Positions 11,996 to 25,500 of a DNA stretch of 64,000 nucleotides are shown one piece after another. Both the position numbers and the translations under genes were made by a program. The notes beneath the pieces are model-generated. The model did no database searches. It worked only from the letters and a program-made list of their open reading frames with translations, and was not told where the DNA came from. Every line of letters begins with the position of its first letter. Position 1 is the stretch's first letter. The stretch is from Azolla caroliniana (taxonomy: Eukaryota > Plantae > Polypodiophyta): positions 13,578,001 through 13,642,000 of the forward strand of contig JBHGNT010000004.1 of the NCBI GenBank assembly GCA_043228905.1. Reading direction: 5' to 3'.

Positions 11996-12427
11996 TATCT
12001 CGTCATCATCCACGATGAATCAGAATTGAAGTTGTCACTAGTGCGTACCAGGATGCGGACTCGTCGAAAATGACGTCTCGACTTACTCGAGATTTTCGTG
12101 TTGACGGGATATAGCACTTGTACCCCTTTTGCTCCAGTGAGTATCCTACGATGATACATTTCTCTAACTTCAGGTCTAGTTTTTGTCGCTTCTCGTCCAG
12201 GATGTGCACGTACACAATGGAGCCGAATATCCAAACATGTGATAGGTTCGGCTTCTTTCTGAAAAACTTCTCGTGCAAAGTAAGTTCATGCACACCTGAT
12301 GTCGTACACCGATTCATGAGGTATACGGCCGTGTTAGCCGCTTCTTCCCTGTACGACTTCGGCACGTGCTTTTCATTCATCATGGCCCGTGCTACTTCGA
12401 GGATGTGCCAATTCTTTCGTTCGGCCA

Positions 12428-12448
12428 CCCTAAACCCTAAACCCTAAA
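12428..12448 (+). repeat. Interstitial plant telomere repeat (CCCTAAA)3
   Basis: Three exact copies inside copia integrase; absent from the paralogous site near 29985-30020. Confidence 0.85.
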
Positions 12449-12813
12449 CTCTCGCCGATTTCCTTCTTTCCGTACATGCGCCGTAAATTTGTCTGAGAAG
12501 TACTCCTTGCCTCCATTCGACCGAACACATCGTACATGTCGCTCATGGCTTTCTCGACTTCATTATCAAATTTTTGGAAGTGTCCGAACACTTCGCTATT
12601 TTGCAGCATGGGGTAGATCCAGGTGTGCTTGGAGAAGTCGTCGAGGAAGGCCACGTAGTATCGACATCCGCCGAATGTAGGCGTCTGAGTCGGACCCCAT
12701 ACATCGGAATGGATTATGTCGAGTATGCCTTTGCTACGCTCTGCTCCTTCCGAAATGGGTGCCGATGTTGCTTGTTGAATTGGAAGGTGGCACACATGCC
12801 TTCAATCTCTTTC

Positions 12814-13476
12814 TGTCATGATATGGCAAGACTCGAACCCATGACCTTAGGTTATATGGGTCGAGCTCTTGGCCATTAGATCATCTATTGTAATACGTAG
12901 GATATTATTTTACATTTTATTATAGGAAATTAGTGTATATTCCAAATTTCCCTGGAACATTCTAGAAGCTTCAGGATTACTCATCAAAACACTATAAAAG
13001 AGGGCACTAGGCATTATGTTGAACCAAATTGGTTCAACACCAGTCTTAAGCCTTTTAGCCACCATTGTATATTCTCTTCATATAATACATATCTTTCTTA
13101 TCATCACTCTCTCTCTCCCTCTCTCTCTTCCTCCTCTGGAAGAAGTGAGCGAGACAGAGAGAGAAGGAATTAGTACTAAACGAAGGATTAGTACTATGAG
13201 AGGTGTGGAACTTCTTCGAGAGAAGGAAGAAGTGCGCGAGACAGAGAGAAAGAGAGAGATTGAGAGAGAGAGGGAGAGAGGGAGTGATGATAAGAAAGAT
13301 ATGTATTATATGAAGAGAATATACAATGGTGGCTAAAAGGCTTAAGACTGGTGTTGAACCAATTTGGTTCAACATAATGCCTAGTGCCCTCTTTTATAGT
13401 GTTTTCAGGAGTAATCCTGAAGCTTCTAGAGTGTTCCAGAGAAATCTGGAATATACACTAATTTCCTATAATAAAA
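12814..13476. repeat. Two family A LTR segments forming an inverted repeat
   Basis: + LTR from TGTCA 12814; about 12915-13125 is the near-exact reverse complement of about 13265-13476. Confidence 0.9.
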
Positions 13477-13487
13477 TTGGTTCTAAC

Positions 13488-13605
13488 TATCAGGAATAGT
13501 ACTAAACAGAGATAGGATTGGTACTAAACAGAGACAGAATTAGTACTAGAGAAGGGAAGTACTATTAGTAATAAGGGGACGGGACTGCGTAAGACTCCCG
13601 AGAGA

Positions 13606-13646
<41 letters not shown>

Positions 13647-13956
13647 CGAGGACGAGAGATGATGATAACAGATTATATATTATAAGAAGAGTAAGTACAA
13701 AAGGGCTATGAGGCTAAAGACTGGCGTTGAACCAATTTGGTTCAACATAATGCCTAGTGCCCTCTTTTATAGTGTTCTCAGGAGTAATCCTTAAGCTTCT
13801 AGAATGTTCCAGAGAAATCTGGAATATACATTGATTTCCTGTAACACAATGTAAATGAAAATAATAATCCTATATATTACAATAGATGATATAATGGTCA
13901 AGAGCTCCACCCATATAACCTAAGGTCATGGGTTCGAGTCTTGCCATATCATGACA
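13488..13956 (-). repeat. Family A LTR (5'-type, followed by PBS at 13474-13487)
   Basis: Minus-strand TGTCATGAT start at 13956; abuts late integrase sequence with no PPT. Confidence 0.85.
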
Positions 13957-16900
13957 AAAACTAGATGGAAGTCGATGACGATCCGCGTAGACCTTGTGTG
14001 TTTGTTGAGCTTGCTGGAGATGAGTACATAAATCAGCTTGTATCTTGCGTAACTGCTCCAAACGATCCTCCGCGCAAGGATTTATGGACACCTCTGGGGT
14101 TTCAAGTACACTCTACCGAGGGTGACATCCCGTATAAGCATAAAATGGTGAAACTTTAGTCGATGCGTGGATAGAGTTATTATAGGCAAATTCGGCGAAG
14201 TGGAGAATATCTACCTAGTTATCCTGATGATAGCTGAGAAAGCACCGCAAATACTGCTCCAGCGTTTGATTTGTTCGTTCGGCTTGGCCGTCGGTTTGTG
14301 GGTGGTAGCCGGAGGAGAGGTTACAAGTGACCTTGAGCATTTTAAAAAGGTGCTTCCAGAATTTTGACACGAACTGGGGTCCACGATCGCTGACGATACT
14401 ATCGGGGAGTCCATGATGCCGACATACTTCACGCATGACAATTTCAGCGGTGTCTTCACTTGAGATTTCCTTAGTACATGGCAAGAAATGAGTCATCTTC
14501 GTATATCGATCTACCACTGTTAGAATCGCATTCAACCCCTTAGAGACTAGAAGATTTGTGATGAAGTCGAGAGCAATGGATTGCCATGGCTTGCTTGGAA
14601 TTGGTAATGGTTCTAATAAACCATAGGGATGATGCCTCGGCATTTTCGCTCTGCAGCATGTATCACAAGTTCGAACAAAATCTTCGACAAATTGTCGCAT
14701 ACGGGGTGACTAGAATGATTGTTGTACTAAATCTAATGTTTTAGTACTACCAAAATGCCCAGCTGTATATGTGTCATGACAGTTTTGTACTACTCGAAGG
14801 CGGCAAGAACCATTAGGAACATACAAAAGTTCTTTAAAGAAGAGTAATCCATCATGGTATTTGAATTGCTGATAGTCCATACCTGTTGGTTGTGACTGTG
14901 AACACGACGCTCGAGAGGGATCAATTTGTGCTAGTATAGCTTGGGTGAAAACATCTGTCTTTAGGTCCGCACGTATGATATTGATAACGTGGGAATCCAT
15001 GGGCATGCCAAAAACCTGTGTTGCTTGCAGTCGTGCCGGTCCCAAGATTACTTGCTTTTGGTTATCAAAAGCCGGCTCGCCGGGACGCGGTGTTAGATAC
15101 GAATGCCGTGATAATGTATCTGCCTTCCCTTGGTGCTTCCCCGGACGATATGTAATTTTGAAGTCGAAACGCGTGAGGAAGTGGGCCCACCGAGCTTGAC
15201 GTCGATTTAACACTCGAGCATCCTGAAAGTAGGCAAGGTTTTTATGATCACTGAATACGGTGACTTGATGAGAGGACCCCTCTAAAAAATGCCTCCATTG
15301 CATAAACGAGTCCACTATTGCCAATAGCTCCTTATCATGAATTTCGTAATTGATTTCGGCGGCGTCAAACTTGCGTGAGTGAAAAGCCACAGGATGTAGT
15401 TTCTCATCATTCCCCTGTTGTGACAGAATGCTCCCCAATGCGAAATCCGATGCGTCAGCTTCGATAATGAATGGTAGTTCCGGATCGACATGAGCTAGAA
15501 TTAGAGCTGATGTAAATGCCTTTTTAAGACTCTCGAAAGCCATATTTGCTTCTTCAGACCAAACGAACGATTGTCCCTTCCTGGTAAGCTGTGTGAGAGG
15601 CAGAACGAGCTTTGAGTAATCTTGTATAAACTTCCGGTAAAAATTGGCAAACCCTAAAAAGCATTGCATATCTCGCACCGAGCGCGGAGCGCGGAGCCTG
15701 CCATTCTACCACCGTCTTGACCTTAGCTGGGTCCATGGAGATGCCTTCTGACGAAATGATGTAGCCGAGAAATTCCACTTGGTTGCACCCAAAACTACAT
15801 TTTTCTAGCTTTGCGTAAAGACCATGTTCTCGAAGTCGTTTTAGTACTAACAGTACATGAGAATCATGCTCTTCTTCGGTCTTTGAATAAACCAGTAGAT
15901 CATCCAAGTAGATGATCAGACACACATCCAAGAGATCTCGGAATATATCATTTGCCATGTGCTGGAAGACGGTTGGCGCATTAGTGAGGCCGAACGGCAT
16001 GACCGTATACTCGAAGTGCCCATATCTAATGCGGAATGCAGTCTTCCATTCATCTCCTGGTCGGATCCGTACGAGGTTATAGACCCCCGTAAGTCGATCT
16101 TTGTGAAGAACCTGGCACCATTGATCCGTTCTAAAAGACTTGAGATAAGGGGAAGTGCATACCTATTGCGGATTGTAACTTTATTCAAGCCACGGTAGTC
16201 TACCACCAGACGAAGTGAGCCATCCTTTTTCTTGACGAAGAAAATGGGTGCGCCGGCTGGAGATTTCGAATGTCGAATGAATCCATTCTCCAAGTTCTCC
16301 TCTATATAAGCTCGAAGGACTTCTAGCTCGGTTGGTGACTAATTGTAGATCGGTCCCCATGGTGGCTCTTTCCCCGGTTGTAAATCGATGGGGCAATCAT
16401 ATGGTCGATGGTGAGGAAGTGTATTGGCTTGTACTTTATCGAATACATCGGCATAATGATGATACTTCTTTGGAAGCTGAACGATGGACTCCTCTTTAAT
16501 GGTGTCGGAGGGTTTCGGTGATATTGTGAAGAGAAACATTTCTTCCTTGCGTCCTTCTTCCCGCAACTGATGTAGTGAAATGGTGGCAATCTTCTGAGTA
16601 GATCCTCGGGTTTGTCGACACTGGATTTCTCTTCTTCTCCAATCTATGTCTGGGTTATGTAACTCGAACCATGGTAATCCCAAAACGATGGGATGTTCTG
16701 GGATACTAATAATGTTAAATGATACTACACATGCTAAGTTATCTAGGGCAATATTAACGGGTTCTGACTCTTCTATGATATTTCCGGAAGCAATGGGACG
16801 ACCATCAATGACGACTACAGAGGCTGGACACGGAAGTTTTCTAAGAGATATCTGATGAGCTTGGGCAAAATTCCTATCCATAAAGCAAGAATTAGCTCCG

Positions 16901-17705
16901 GAGTCTAGAAGTGCTAAGACGTGTACTGGAGGGGTACTTTTAGTACTAACTGTTACTTGGGCTACGAACACATTGCTAACATGCTTAGAGGGAATGGAAC
17001 CACTAATGGGCTGCACAGGTCTAGGGCTTTCCAACCAAACGGCTCCTATTTTGGTTGGACTTAGTCGTTTAACTCTTCTTCTAACTGACTAAGGACATCA
17101 AATTTGTTCGCTAGATCTAAGCTATTAGTACTATTAGTACTATCAGATATCCCTACTGTAATAGGCTCGGGTTTAGTACAATTAGAACTAACAACTATTT
17201 GGTTTACCTGTCTTCTTGGCCTATGGGAACAATTGATTGCAATGTGTCCTGGTCCACCGCAATAGAGACATAGTCGATTTGTTCGGCGTCGCTGCTTTTC
17301 TTCTTCGGATAATGGTCCTCGACGACGTGTAGTGTCAATCTCCATCGGAGTCGGAGTATTCACTGGAGGCGCATTATAGTACTCCCTGGGTAAAGGTTTT
17401 GCTACCATTGAGGCGTAGGTGGGCTCTGATCTTGCCCTCGGCATCTGTAGCTGTTGTTCCGAATGTCGCTCAAAGAGGCGGTTATCACATCTTACCGTGC
17501 GACTGATTGCTTCTGTTAAGGACTTTGGCTCTTTAGGGAAAGTCAAGAGTAAATCCTTGACATCGTTGCGTAAACCATAACAAAATTGCTCCAACGCTTG
17601 ATCATCCCAAGGGATGTCAGCGGCAAGTAGACGGAAATCTGCAGCATATGCAGAGGCTGGACGGTCTCCTTGGCGTAATCGCCGGATTTTGTTGATTGCG
17701 GTCCT
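13957..17705 (-). pseudogene. pol: Family A internal region (partial gag, PR, RT, RH, INT)
   Basis: ORFs 17061-17594 gag, 16339-17034 PR (LLDSGA), 15554-16293 RT, 14710-15678 RH, 14215-14700 INT. Confidence 0.92.
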
Positions 17706-17728
17706 ATCTCTGTTTAGTACTAATTTCC

Positions 17729-20155
17729 GGACGTCCCATTGCTTCCGGAAATATCATAGAAGAGTCAGAGCCCATTAATATTGTCCGAGATAACTAAGCA
17801 TGTGTAATATCATTTAATATTATTAGTATCCCAGAACATCCTATAGTTTTAGGATTATCGTGGTTCGAGTTACATAACCTAGACATAGATTGGAGAACAA
17901 GAGAAATTCGGTGTCTACAAACCCAAGGGTCAACTCAGAAGATGGCAACCATTTCGCTATGTCAGTTGCGTAAAGAAGGGCGCAAGGAGGAAATGTTCCT
18001 CTTTGCAATATCAGTAAACCCCTCCAGCACCACTAAAGAAGAATCCACCGTTCAACTTCTCGAGAAGTATCGTCATTACGCCGATGTGTTCGATAAAGTA
18101 CAAGCCAACACACTTCCTCATCATCGACCGTACGATTGCCCCATCGATTTACAACCGGGAAAAGAGCCGCCATGGGGACCGATCTACAATTTGTCACCAA
18201 CCGAGCTGGAAGTCCTTCGGGCCTATATAGAGGAGAATTTGGAAAATGGTTTCATTCGGCATTCGAAATCTCCAGCCGGCGCACCCATTTTCTTTGTCAA
18301 AAAAAACGATGGATCGCTTCGTCTCGTAGATTACCATGGCTTGAATAAGGTTACAATCAGGAATAGGTATGCTCTTCCCCTTATCTCAAGTCTTTTAGAA
18401 CGGATCAATGGTGCCAGGTTCTTCACGAAGATCGACTTACGGGGAGCATATAACCTCACACGGATCCGACCAGGAGACGAATGGAAGACCGCGTTTCGCA
18501 CCAGATATGGGCACTTCGAGTATACAGTTATGCCGTTCGGCCTCACTAATGCACCGACAGTCTTCCAACACATGGCTAATGATATATTCCGAGATCTATT
18601 GGATGATTGTTTGATCACCTATTTGGATGATATGCTGGTTTATTCAAAGACCCAAGAAGAACATGATTCTCATGTACTATTAGTACTAAAACGACTTCGA
18701 GAACATGGTCTGTATGCAAAGCTGGAAAAATGTAGTTTCGGGTGCAACCAAGTGGAATTTCTCGGCTACATCATTTCGTCAGAAGGCATATCCATGGACC
18801 CAGCTAAGGTCAAAACGGTGGTAGAATGGCAGACTCCGCGTTCGGTGCGGGATGTGCAATGCTTCTTAGGCTTTGCCAATTTTTACCGGAAGTTCATACA
18901 AGATTACTCAAAGATCGTTCTACCTCCAAGTTTGACGCCGCCAAAATCAACTACGAAATTCATGATAAGGAGCTATTGGCAATAGTGGATTCTTTTATGC
19001 AATGGAGGCATTTTCTGGAGGGATCCTCTCATCCAGTCACCGTATTTAGTGACCACAAGAATCTTGCCTACTTTCAGGATGCTCGTGTGTTGAATCAACG
19101 TCAAGCTCAGTGGGCCCACTTCCTCACACGTTTCGACTTCAAAATTACATATCGTTCAGGGAGGCACCAAGGGAAGGCAGATGCATTATCACGACGTTCG
19201 TATCTAGCACCCCGTCCCGGCGAGCTAGCTTTCGATAACCAAAAACAAGTAATCTTGGGACCGGCACGACTACAAGCAACATAGATCTTTGACATGCCTA
19301 TGGATTCCCGCGTTATCGATACCATACGTGAAGACTTGAAGATAGATGTGTTCGCCCAAGCTATCCTAGCACAAATTGATCCCTCTTGAGCGTCGTGTTC
19401 ACAGTCGCAACCACCAGGTATGTGGACTATCGGCAATTCAAATACCATGATGGATTACTCTTCTTTAAAGAACTTTTGTATGTTCCTAATGGTTCTTGCT
19501 ACCTTCGAGTAGTACAAAACTGTCATGACACATATACAGCTGGGCATTTTGGTAGTACTAAAACATTAGATTTAGTACAACGATCATTCTGGTCGCCCCG
19601 CCCCGTATGCGACAATTTGTCGAAGATTTTGTTCGAACTTGTGATACATGCTGCAGAGCGAAAATGCCGAGGCATCATCCCTATGGTTTATTAGAACCAT
19701 TACCAATTCCAAGCAAGCCATGGCAATCCATTGCTCTCGACTTCATCACAGATCTTCCAGTCTCTAAGGGGTTGAATGCGATTCTAACGGTGGTCGATCG
19801 ATATACGAAGATGGCTCATTTCTTGCCATGTACTAAGGAGATCTCCAGTGAAGACACTGCCGAAATTGTCATGCGTGAAGTATGTCGGCATCATGGACTT
19901 CCCGATAGTATCATCAACGACCGTGGACCCCAGTTCGTGTCAAAATTCTGGAAGCACCTTTTTAACATGCTCAAGGTCACTTGTAACCTCTCCTCCGGCT
20001 ACCACCCACAAACCGACGGCCAAGCTGAATGAACAAATCAAAAGTTGGAGCAGTATCTGCGGTGCTTTCTCAGCTATCATCAGGATAACTAGGTAGATAT
20101 TCTCCACTTCGCCGAATTTGCCTATAACAACTCTATCCACGCATCGACTAAAGTT
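17729..20155 (+). pseudogene. pol: Family A internal region (partial PR, RT, RH, INT), inverted relative to 14153-16801
   Basis: ORFs 17942-18985 (YLDD), 18826-19284, 19607-20032; internal deletion near 18927. Confidence 0.92.
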
Positions 20156-21719
20156 GTGCCATAACTCTATGTCGGAATCGGCTTTCGTGCCCTTTCCAAA
20201 CATGGCCAATTTCATCTCGTGCGAGTCGAGAATGAACATCCAGCCCTCTCTTCGTCAGCGAGCGATGAGTTGGCCCTCTTTTTCGATGAACCAACTGCCT
20301 TAATTAAATCGTGCTTGCATCCCTTGCTCAATAATTTGGCCAACAGAGACCAAATTCTTCGTAATGGTTGGTACATGCAAACATTCTTAATAAAAGCTTG
20401 GTTACCTTCTTTGCCGAATGAAACATTGCCGATGTGTCGAATCGGATGTGTAGTGTCGTCTCCGGTTTCTACATAGCCAGGTCGTTCTGGCTCTTGAAGT
20501 TCTCGGAACCATTCTTGATGAGATGTCATATGGTTCGAGGCACTGGAGTCAATGAACCATACGTCTTCTAGACTGGAGGGAGTAGTTGAAGTAGAAGCTG
20601 ACATAGAATTTGCTCTATGTCTCATCAGGAACATTCTACCACGATCATCATAGTCGGAGTTGGTGATGTAATTGGTGAGTTGTCGGCTACTAGAAGCCAA
20701 CTGTCGTATCTTCTTACGGGACTCTTCTTCATGGTGACCGATTTTTCCGCAATATCCGCAATCGATCGAGATGTGTCTCATTGGACCAAAATGCAAGCTC
20801 CCCTTTCTTCCGAAGGTTCCTCGATGGCTTCCGTCTTGATGCTGAAATTGCGAGTGGTTTTTGTAAGTCAAACCTCGTCCGCCTCGTCCTTGGCTGAATC
20901 AGCCGCTTGCTCGGCCGCTGCCACTTCCTCAATTCGAATGCGTGTAGAGCATGTGGCCTTCAGAGCCGTTGCTCCGTGTTCGAACATGGTTTTCTTCAAC
21001 CAACAACATGGATTGAAGATAAAAGGAGGGTGGGTTCTCTCGTGCTAGTACGGCGGTCCTCATCACGCTGAACCATGGTGCAAGGCCGCCAAGGCAGATT
21101 TGCACCATCTCATCATTGTTCACATTGACACTAATCAAACCAAGCGAGTCGCAAAGATCCTTGATCTTCAAGGTGTAGCTCATGATAGACATATCCCTTT
21201 GTTGGATGTTGTTCAACTCTTGGCGGCGTTGAAGCTTTCTCGCGGTTGTGTTGGCGGTGGAAATCTTTCATAGATTCTCCCATACTTCCATTGACGTCTC
21301 GGCTTCTCAAATGTAGCCGAGCCTGTGGTCGTGAATACATTTCGCCAAGCAATACACCAGTTGACTTGACGCTTGCTCCCATGTTTCGTACTCGGCATCT
21401 TTTGGGTCGGGTCGGTTTTCTTGTGCTCCCTTGACGTAACCCCAATAGTCTTTTCCAACAAGGTATTGGTACATCTTGTACTCCCAAGATGCGAATTTGT
21501 TTCGGTCCAGCTTCTCGCTAGGGAGAGCGCTCCCCATTTGAGTATTCATTGTCGATTAAGCTTCCTTTCTTCTAAATTTCCTTCTCTCTCGAACATGAGC
21601 TATGTAGTGGTACTACGATAGCGATGAGCCGGTTATTCTTGAATGTCAGTGTAGAGCATAACACTCGATCACGATGAGGTGAGTGGGCTACATCCAGCTA
21701 CCAAATCACTCTGATACCA

Positions 21720-22187
21720 TGTAAAGAATCGATGGTGATTCTTGTGCAGCGGAATAGATGTGCATTATGTGCGTATATGTGTGAGAGAAAAAGAGAGGAG
21801 AGAAAAGAGAACTCAAGGTAGATAGATACATGAGAGGAAAATAGAATACTCAAGAAGAAGGTGTATATTTCACAAGTAGAATAAGATTTACAAAATGTAG
21901 CATAACAAGGAGTCACAACCGACTTAGTATGAAGTATGAGGAGGGTGCTTTATATATAGTCACCCTCTCTCTTCATTAACTAACTACAACAACAACTCTC
22001 TCTTGGGAATGTGAAGACTCATAGTCATGGGGAATATGGAACTCATTAGTTATGTGTAATAGAATATGATTCTATGACACATAATTAATGTGTAGAGAGT
22101 ATTGGTGTGAATCTTGACTTTTGAGTAAACATAGATTCTCAAAAGGTGTGTTCACATGTTGCACTATGTTGAGCTGGATTCTTAGCA
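21720..22187 (-). repeat. Copia LTR shared by tandem copies C and D
   Basis: Matches 31902-32363; PPT (TGAGGGGGTG on minus, about 22188-22197) on one side and iMet PBS on the other. Confidence 0.9.
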
Positions 22188-22395
22188 CACCCCCTCAAAC
22201 TCAAGTCGGGTCGGTTGCTTTCAATTGATGTCCGCTTCAGTTGTTATCTGGTTTGGATGATCTCCGGTGTCCGCTTCGGTTTATACCCAGTTCGGATGGT
22301 ATCCGGTTCTTGCTTGTACTCCCCCTCAAGATTGGCAAGTTAGGGATACTCAATCCAAGGTCTGATATGAATTGCCGAAGCTTGTCAGCTCCTAG

Positions 22396-22479
22396 TGTTG
22401 CAAGCAATGTCGTCAATGCGGAAGATCTGAAGCACTCGATTCCTGTTTATTCCCTGTGTATGACTGTTTGTAGGTCGTT

Positions 22480-22517
<38 letters not shown>

Positions 22518-25500
22518 AAAAGAGTCTGTATTGCAAGAAGCAAATAACACAACAGCCAACCTTACAAAAAGGTTACAAGGTCACTATATATAGTGACCGA
22601 CTTAGGGCAACTACCCTTTATGCTAATTACATAAATGGCCAAAACGGGATAATGTGAATACGTCCATTATACACAGGTATTCGACACTCCCCCGTAATGG
22701 GCGTATACATGGGTTATCTAAAATTACAGGTATAGACTTAGGTTCTCGGACATATCAGCTTTGTTCGAGTCGGCAGGGTCCGAAGGCAGAAGACCAAATC
22801 TGGTCGGGTCGGAACAGTTGAAGCCGATCATTAAGAAACTGATGTCGGTTGTCGGGAACCATCCTGCTCTGTGTCCGGCTCTAACCGGACTGGTTTGTCG
22901 TTACGCCCATCTGATGCCGAAGAGACCGAAAACGGTTTGCCGAAAGACACTTGGTCATTCCATCTGCGACATTGTCGGTTGTGGATATTTTCTCTAGACC
23001 GATTTTCCCTGAAATGACGCAGTCCCGAACGAAGTGATATCGAACGTCGATATGTTTGGAGGCGTTGTGGTGAACCGGATTTTTCGACAAGGCAACAGCA
23101 CCTTGACTATCGCTGTAGACAACTGGGGCCGAGTCATGGTCGACTTGTCGAAACGTGTGCGCCAGCCGACCGAGCCACAAAGCTTCTTTTGCTGCGTCGG
23201 ACGCAGCTACATATTCTGCTTCGGTCGTTGAGGTAGCTGTGCACTCCTGAAGTTTCGACTTCCACGAGATTGCTCCATTGCCGAATTTGAAGCAGTATCC
23301 GGTTGTTGATTTCCGACTGTCTATACAGCCGGCGAAATCCGAGTCGGTGTAACCGACTACGCCTGAGGTTCGGTTCGGACCGAAAAGAATGCCGTGATCT
23401 TTTGTGCCAGCCAGATATCTGAACACATGCTTGACTGCGTTCCAATGCGATCGGCCAGGATTGTGCATAAATCTGCTAACGACTCCTACGGCATGAGAGA
23501 TATCAGGCCGTGTCGCGACCATCAGGTACATAAGGGAGCCGACTGCCGGTGCATACGGTACCGACTTCATATCTTCCCCCTCCGAACCGGATGTCGGGCA
23601 GTCTCGCTGAGAGAGCCGAAGATTCATAGGGAGCGGGGTTGAAGCAGATTGGGCTGATTGCATGTTGAAGCGTTCCAAGACACGTCCGATATAGTCGGTC
23701 TGAGACAAAAAAAGATGTCGTTTATCGCGATGCCGACTAATCTTCATGCCAAGGATGTGTCGTGCCGGACCGAGGTCCTTCATGGCAAACTTCAACCGCA
23801 GTTGCCGAACGAGATCGGCAAGTTCGCCCGCGTGGCGTCCAGAAATTAGCATGTCGTCCACGTAAATGATGAGGAAGATGGGTGATCCATCTTGAGCTGT
23901 ATTGGTGAAGAGACAATGGTCCTCATCGCTTTTGGAGAAGCCGATCGATTGGATGAAGTCGTCGAACTTCTTATACCATTGTCGCGGTGCCTGTTTGAGG
24001 CCGTATAGACTCTTCCTGAGTCGGCAGACTAGATGTTCTTGGCCGGTTGCCACGAAGCCTTTTGGCTGTTCCATATAAATTTCCTCCTCGAGATCACCAT
24101 GGAGGAAGGCTGTTTTGACATCTAGCTGAATCAGCTCCAAGTTGTCGGCTGCCACGACGCCGAGTAGAAAACGGAGGGTTGTCATTTTCACCACTGGTGA
24201 AAAAATCTCGTCGAAGTCGACGCCATATTCTTGTCGGAAGCCCTTCGCAACTAATCTGGCCTTGTACTTTGGGGTGGTCGAATCAGACGTCTCTTTTAGT
24301 CGATAGACCCACTTGCAAGGAAGAGCACGTCGGTTCCTAGGTAATTCGACCAGATCCCAAGTCTTGTTTGCCCGAATGGAGTGCATTTCCGACTCCATCG
24401 CCAGATGCCAGGTGGCTGAATTGACAGATGTCGATGCTTCTTCGTAAGACGTCGGTTCGCCGGCGTCGGTGAAGAAAATTCCAGGAGAATATCTCTCCGG
24501 AGGTTGCGACAGTCTCTCGGATCGTCGAGGTATGATTGGGCTGGTCGCATCGGGTATCGAGGTCGGATGGTCCGAAACCGAATCATTCGGCTGTGCCGAG
24601 TCAGAGTTGTCCGAGTCGGTAGTGTAAGGTTCAGCTACCCGTGAAGCTGACCGTGTGTTGAGAGCGGGGCCTTCTTGAAGGGTCGGCACATCGGAAAATG
24701 TTACCCTTCGGACTTCGATCGGTTTTTCGACTGATGGGTTCATAGCCGACTCGTTGAACACAATGTCCGAACTTCGAACGATTTGTCTGCGTTCGGGGTC
24801 CCAGAGTCGGTATCCCATTTCGCCGTCGGATCCATAGCCAAGGAAAATGCATTTCCTGGACCGAGGTGCAAGTTTTCGGCGATCATCTTTCGGAATAAGG
24901 GCGTACGCCTCGCATCCGAAGATCCTTAGCTTGTCGTAATTCGGCTTACTGCCGATCCATAGTTCCTGAGGAATTTGAAGTCCTAGAGGTCTACTTGGCG
25001 ACATATTGATTATGTGTACTGCCGTGAGTAGAGCCTCTGCCCAGAAGCCATCCGACAGTCGGGAGTGTTGGAGCATGGAAACTATCCGTTCTTGGATTGT
25101 CCGATTCATTCGTTCTGCAATCCCGTTTTGCTCCGGACTGTGTGGTGCCGTAAGTTCACGTCGGATGCCGCGTTGTCGGCAGAATTTGACGAATTCTTCG
25201 GATTTGAACTCTCCCCCATTATCTGTCCGAAGGCATTTCAGCTTTCGGTCGGTTTGATTTTCCACCATAGCGAGCCAATCGGTGAAGATCGAGAAGACCC
25301 GATCTTTGGTGCGAATCGGATAGGCCCACACCTTTCGAGTCGAGTCGTCAATAAAAGTGACGAAGTAAGATGCACCGCCTAGAGACTGATGCGGCATTGG
25401 GCCACAGACGTCCGAGTGGACCAAATAGAGAGGTCTCGTTTCTCTTGGTGCTGATGTCGGGTGTGATGCGGCTGCTTGTTTGCCATACTGGCAATGCTCG

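Larger units (their letters stand above)
11996..21719 (-). mobile_element. Ty1/copia internal region (copy C), 3'-truncated and split by gypsy A debris at 12814-20153
   Basis: PBS TGGTATCAGAG near 21709-21719; gag EKLDRNKFASWEYKM; protease WFIDSSASNHMT; integrase IIHSDVWGP and AERKN; collinear with 29650-31900. Confidence 0.88.

Noticed and set aside
13016-13375. Pair of near-identical 106-aa ORFs on opposite strands
   Set aside because: By-product of the LTR inverted repeat and AG microsatellites
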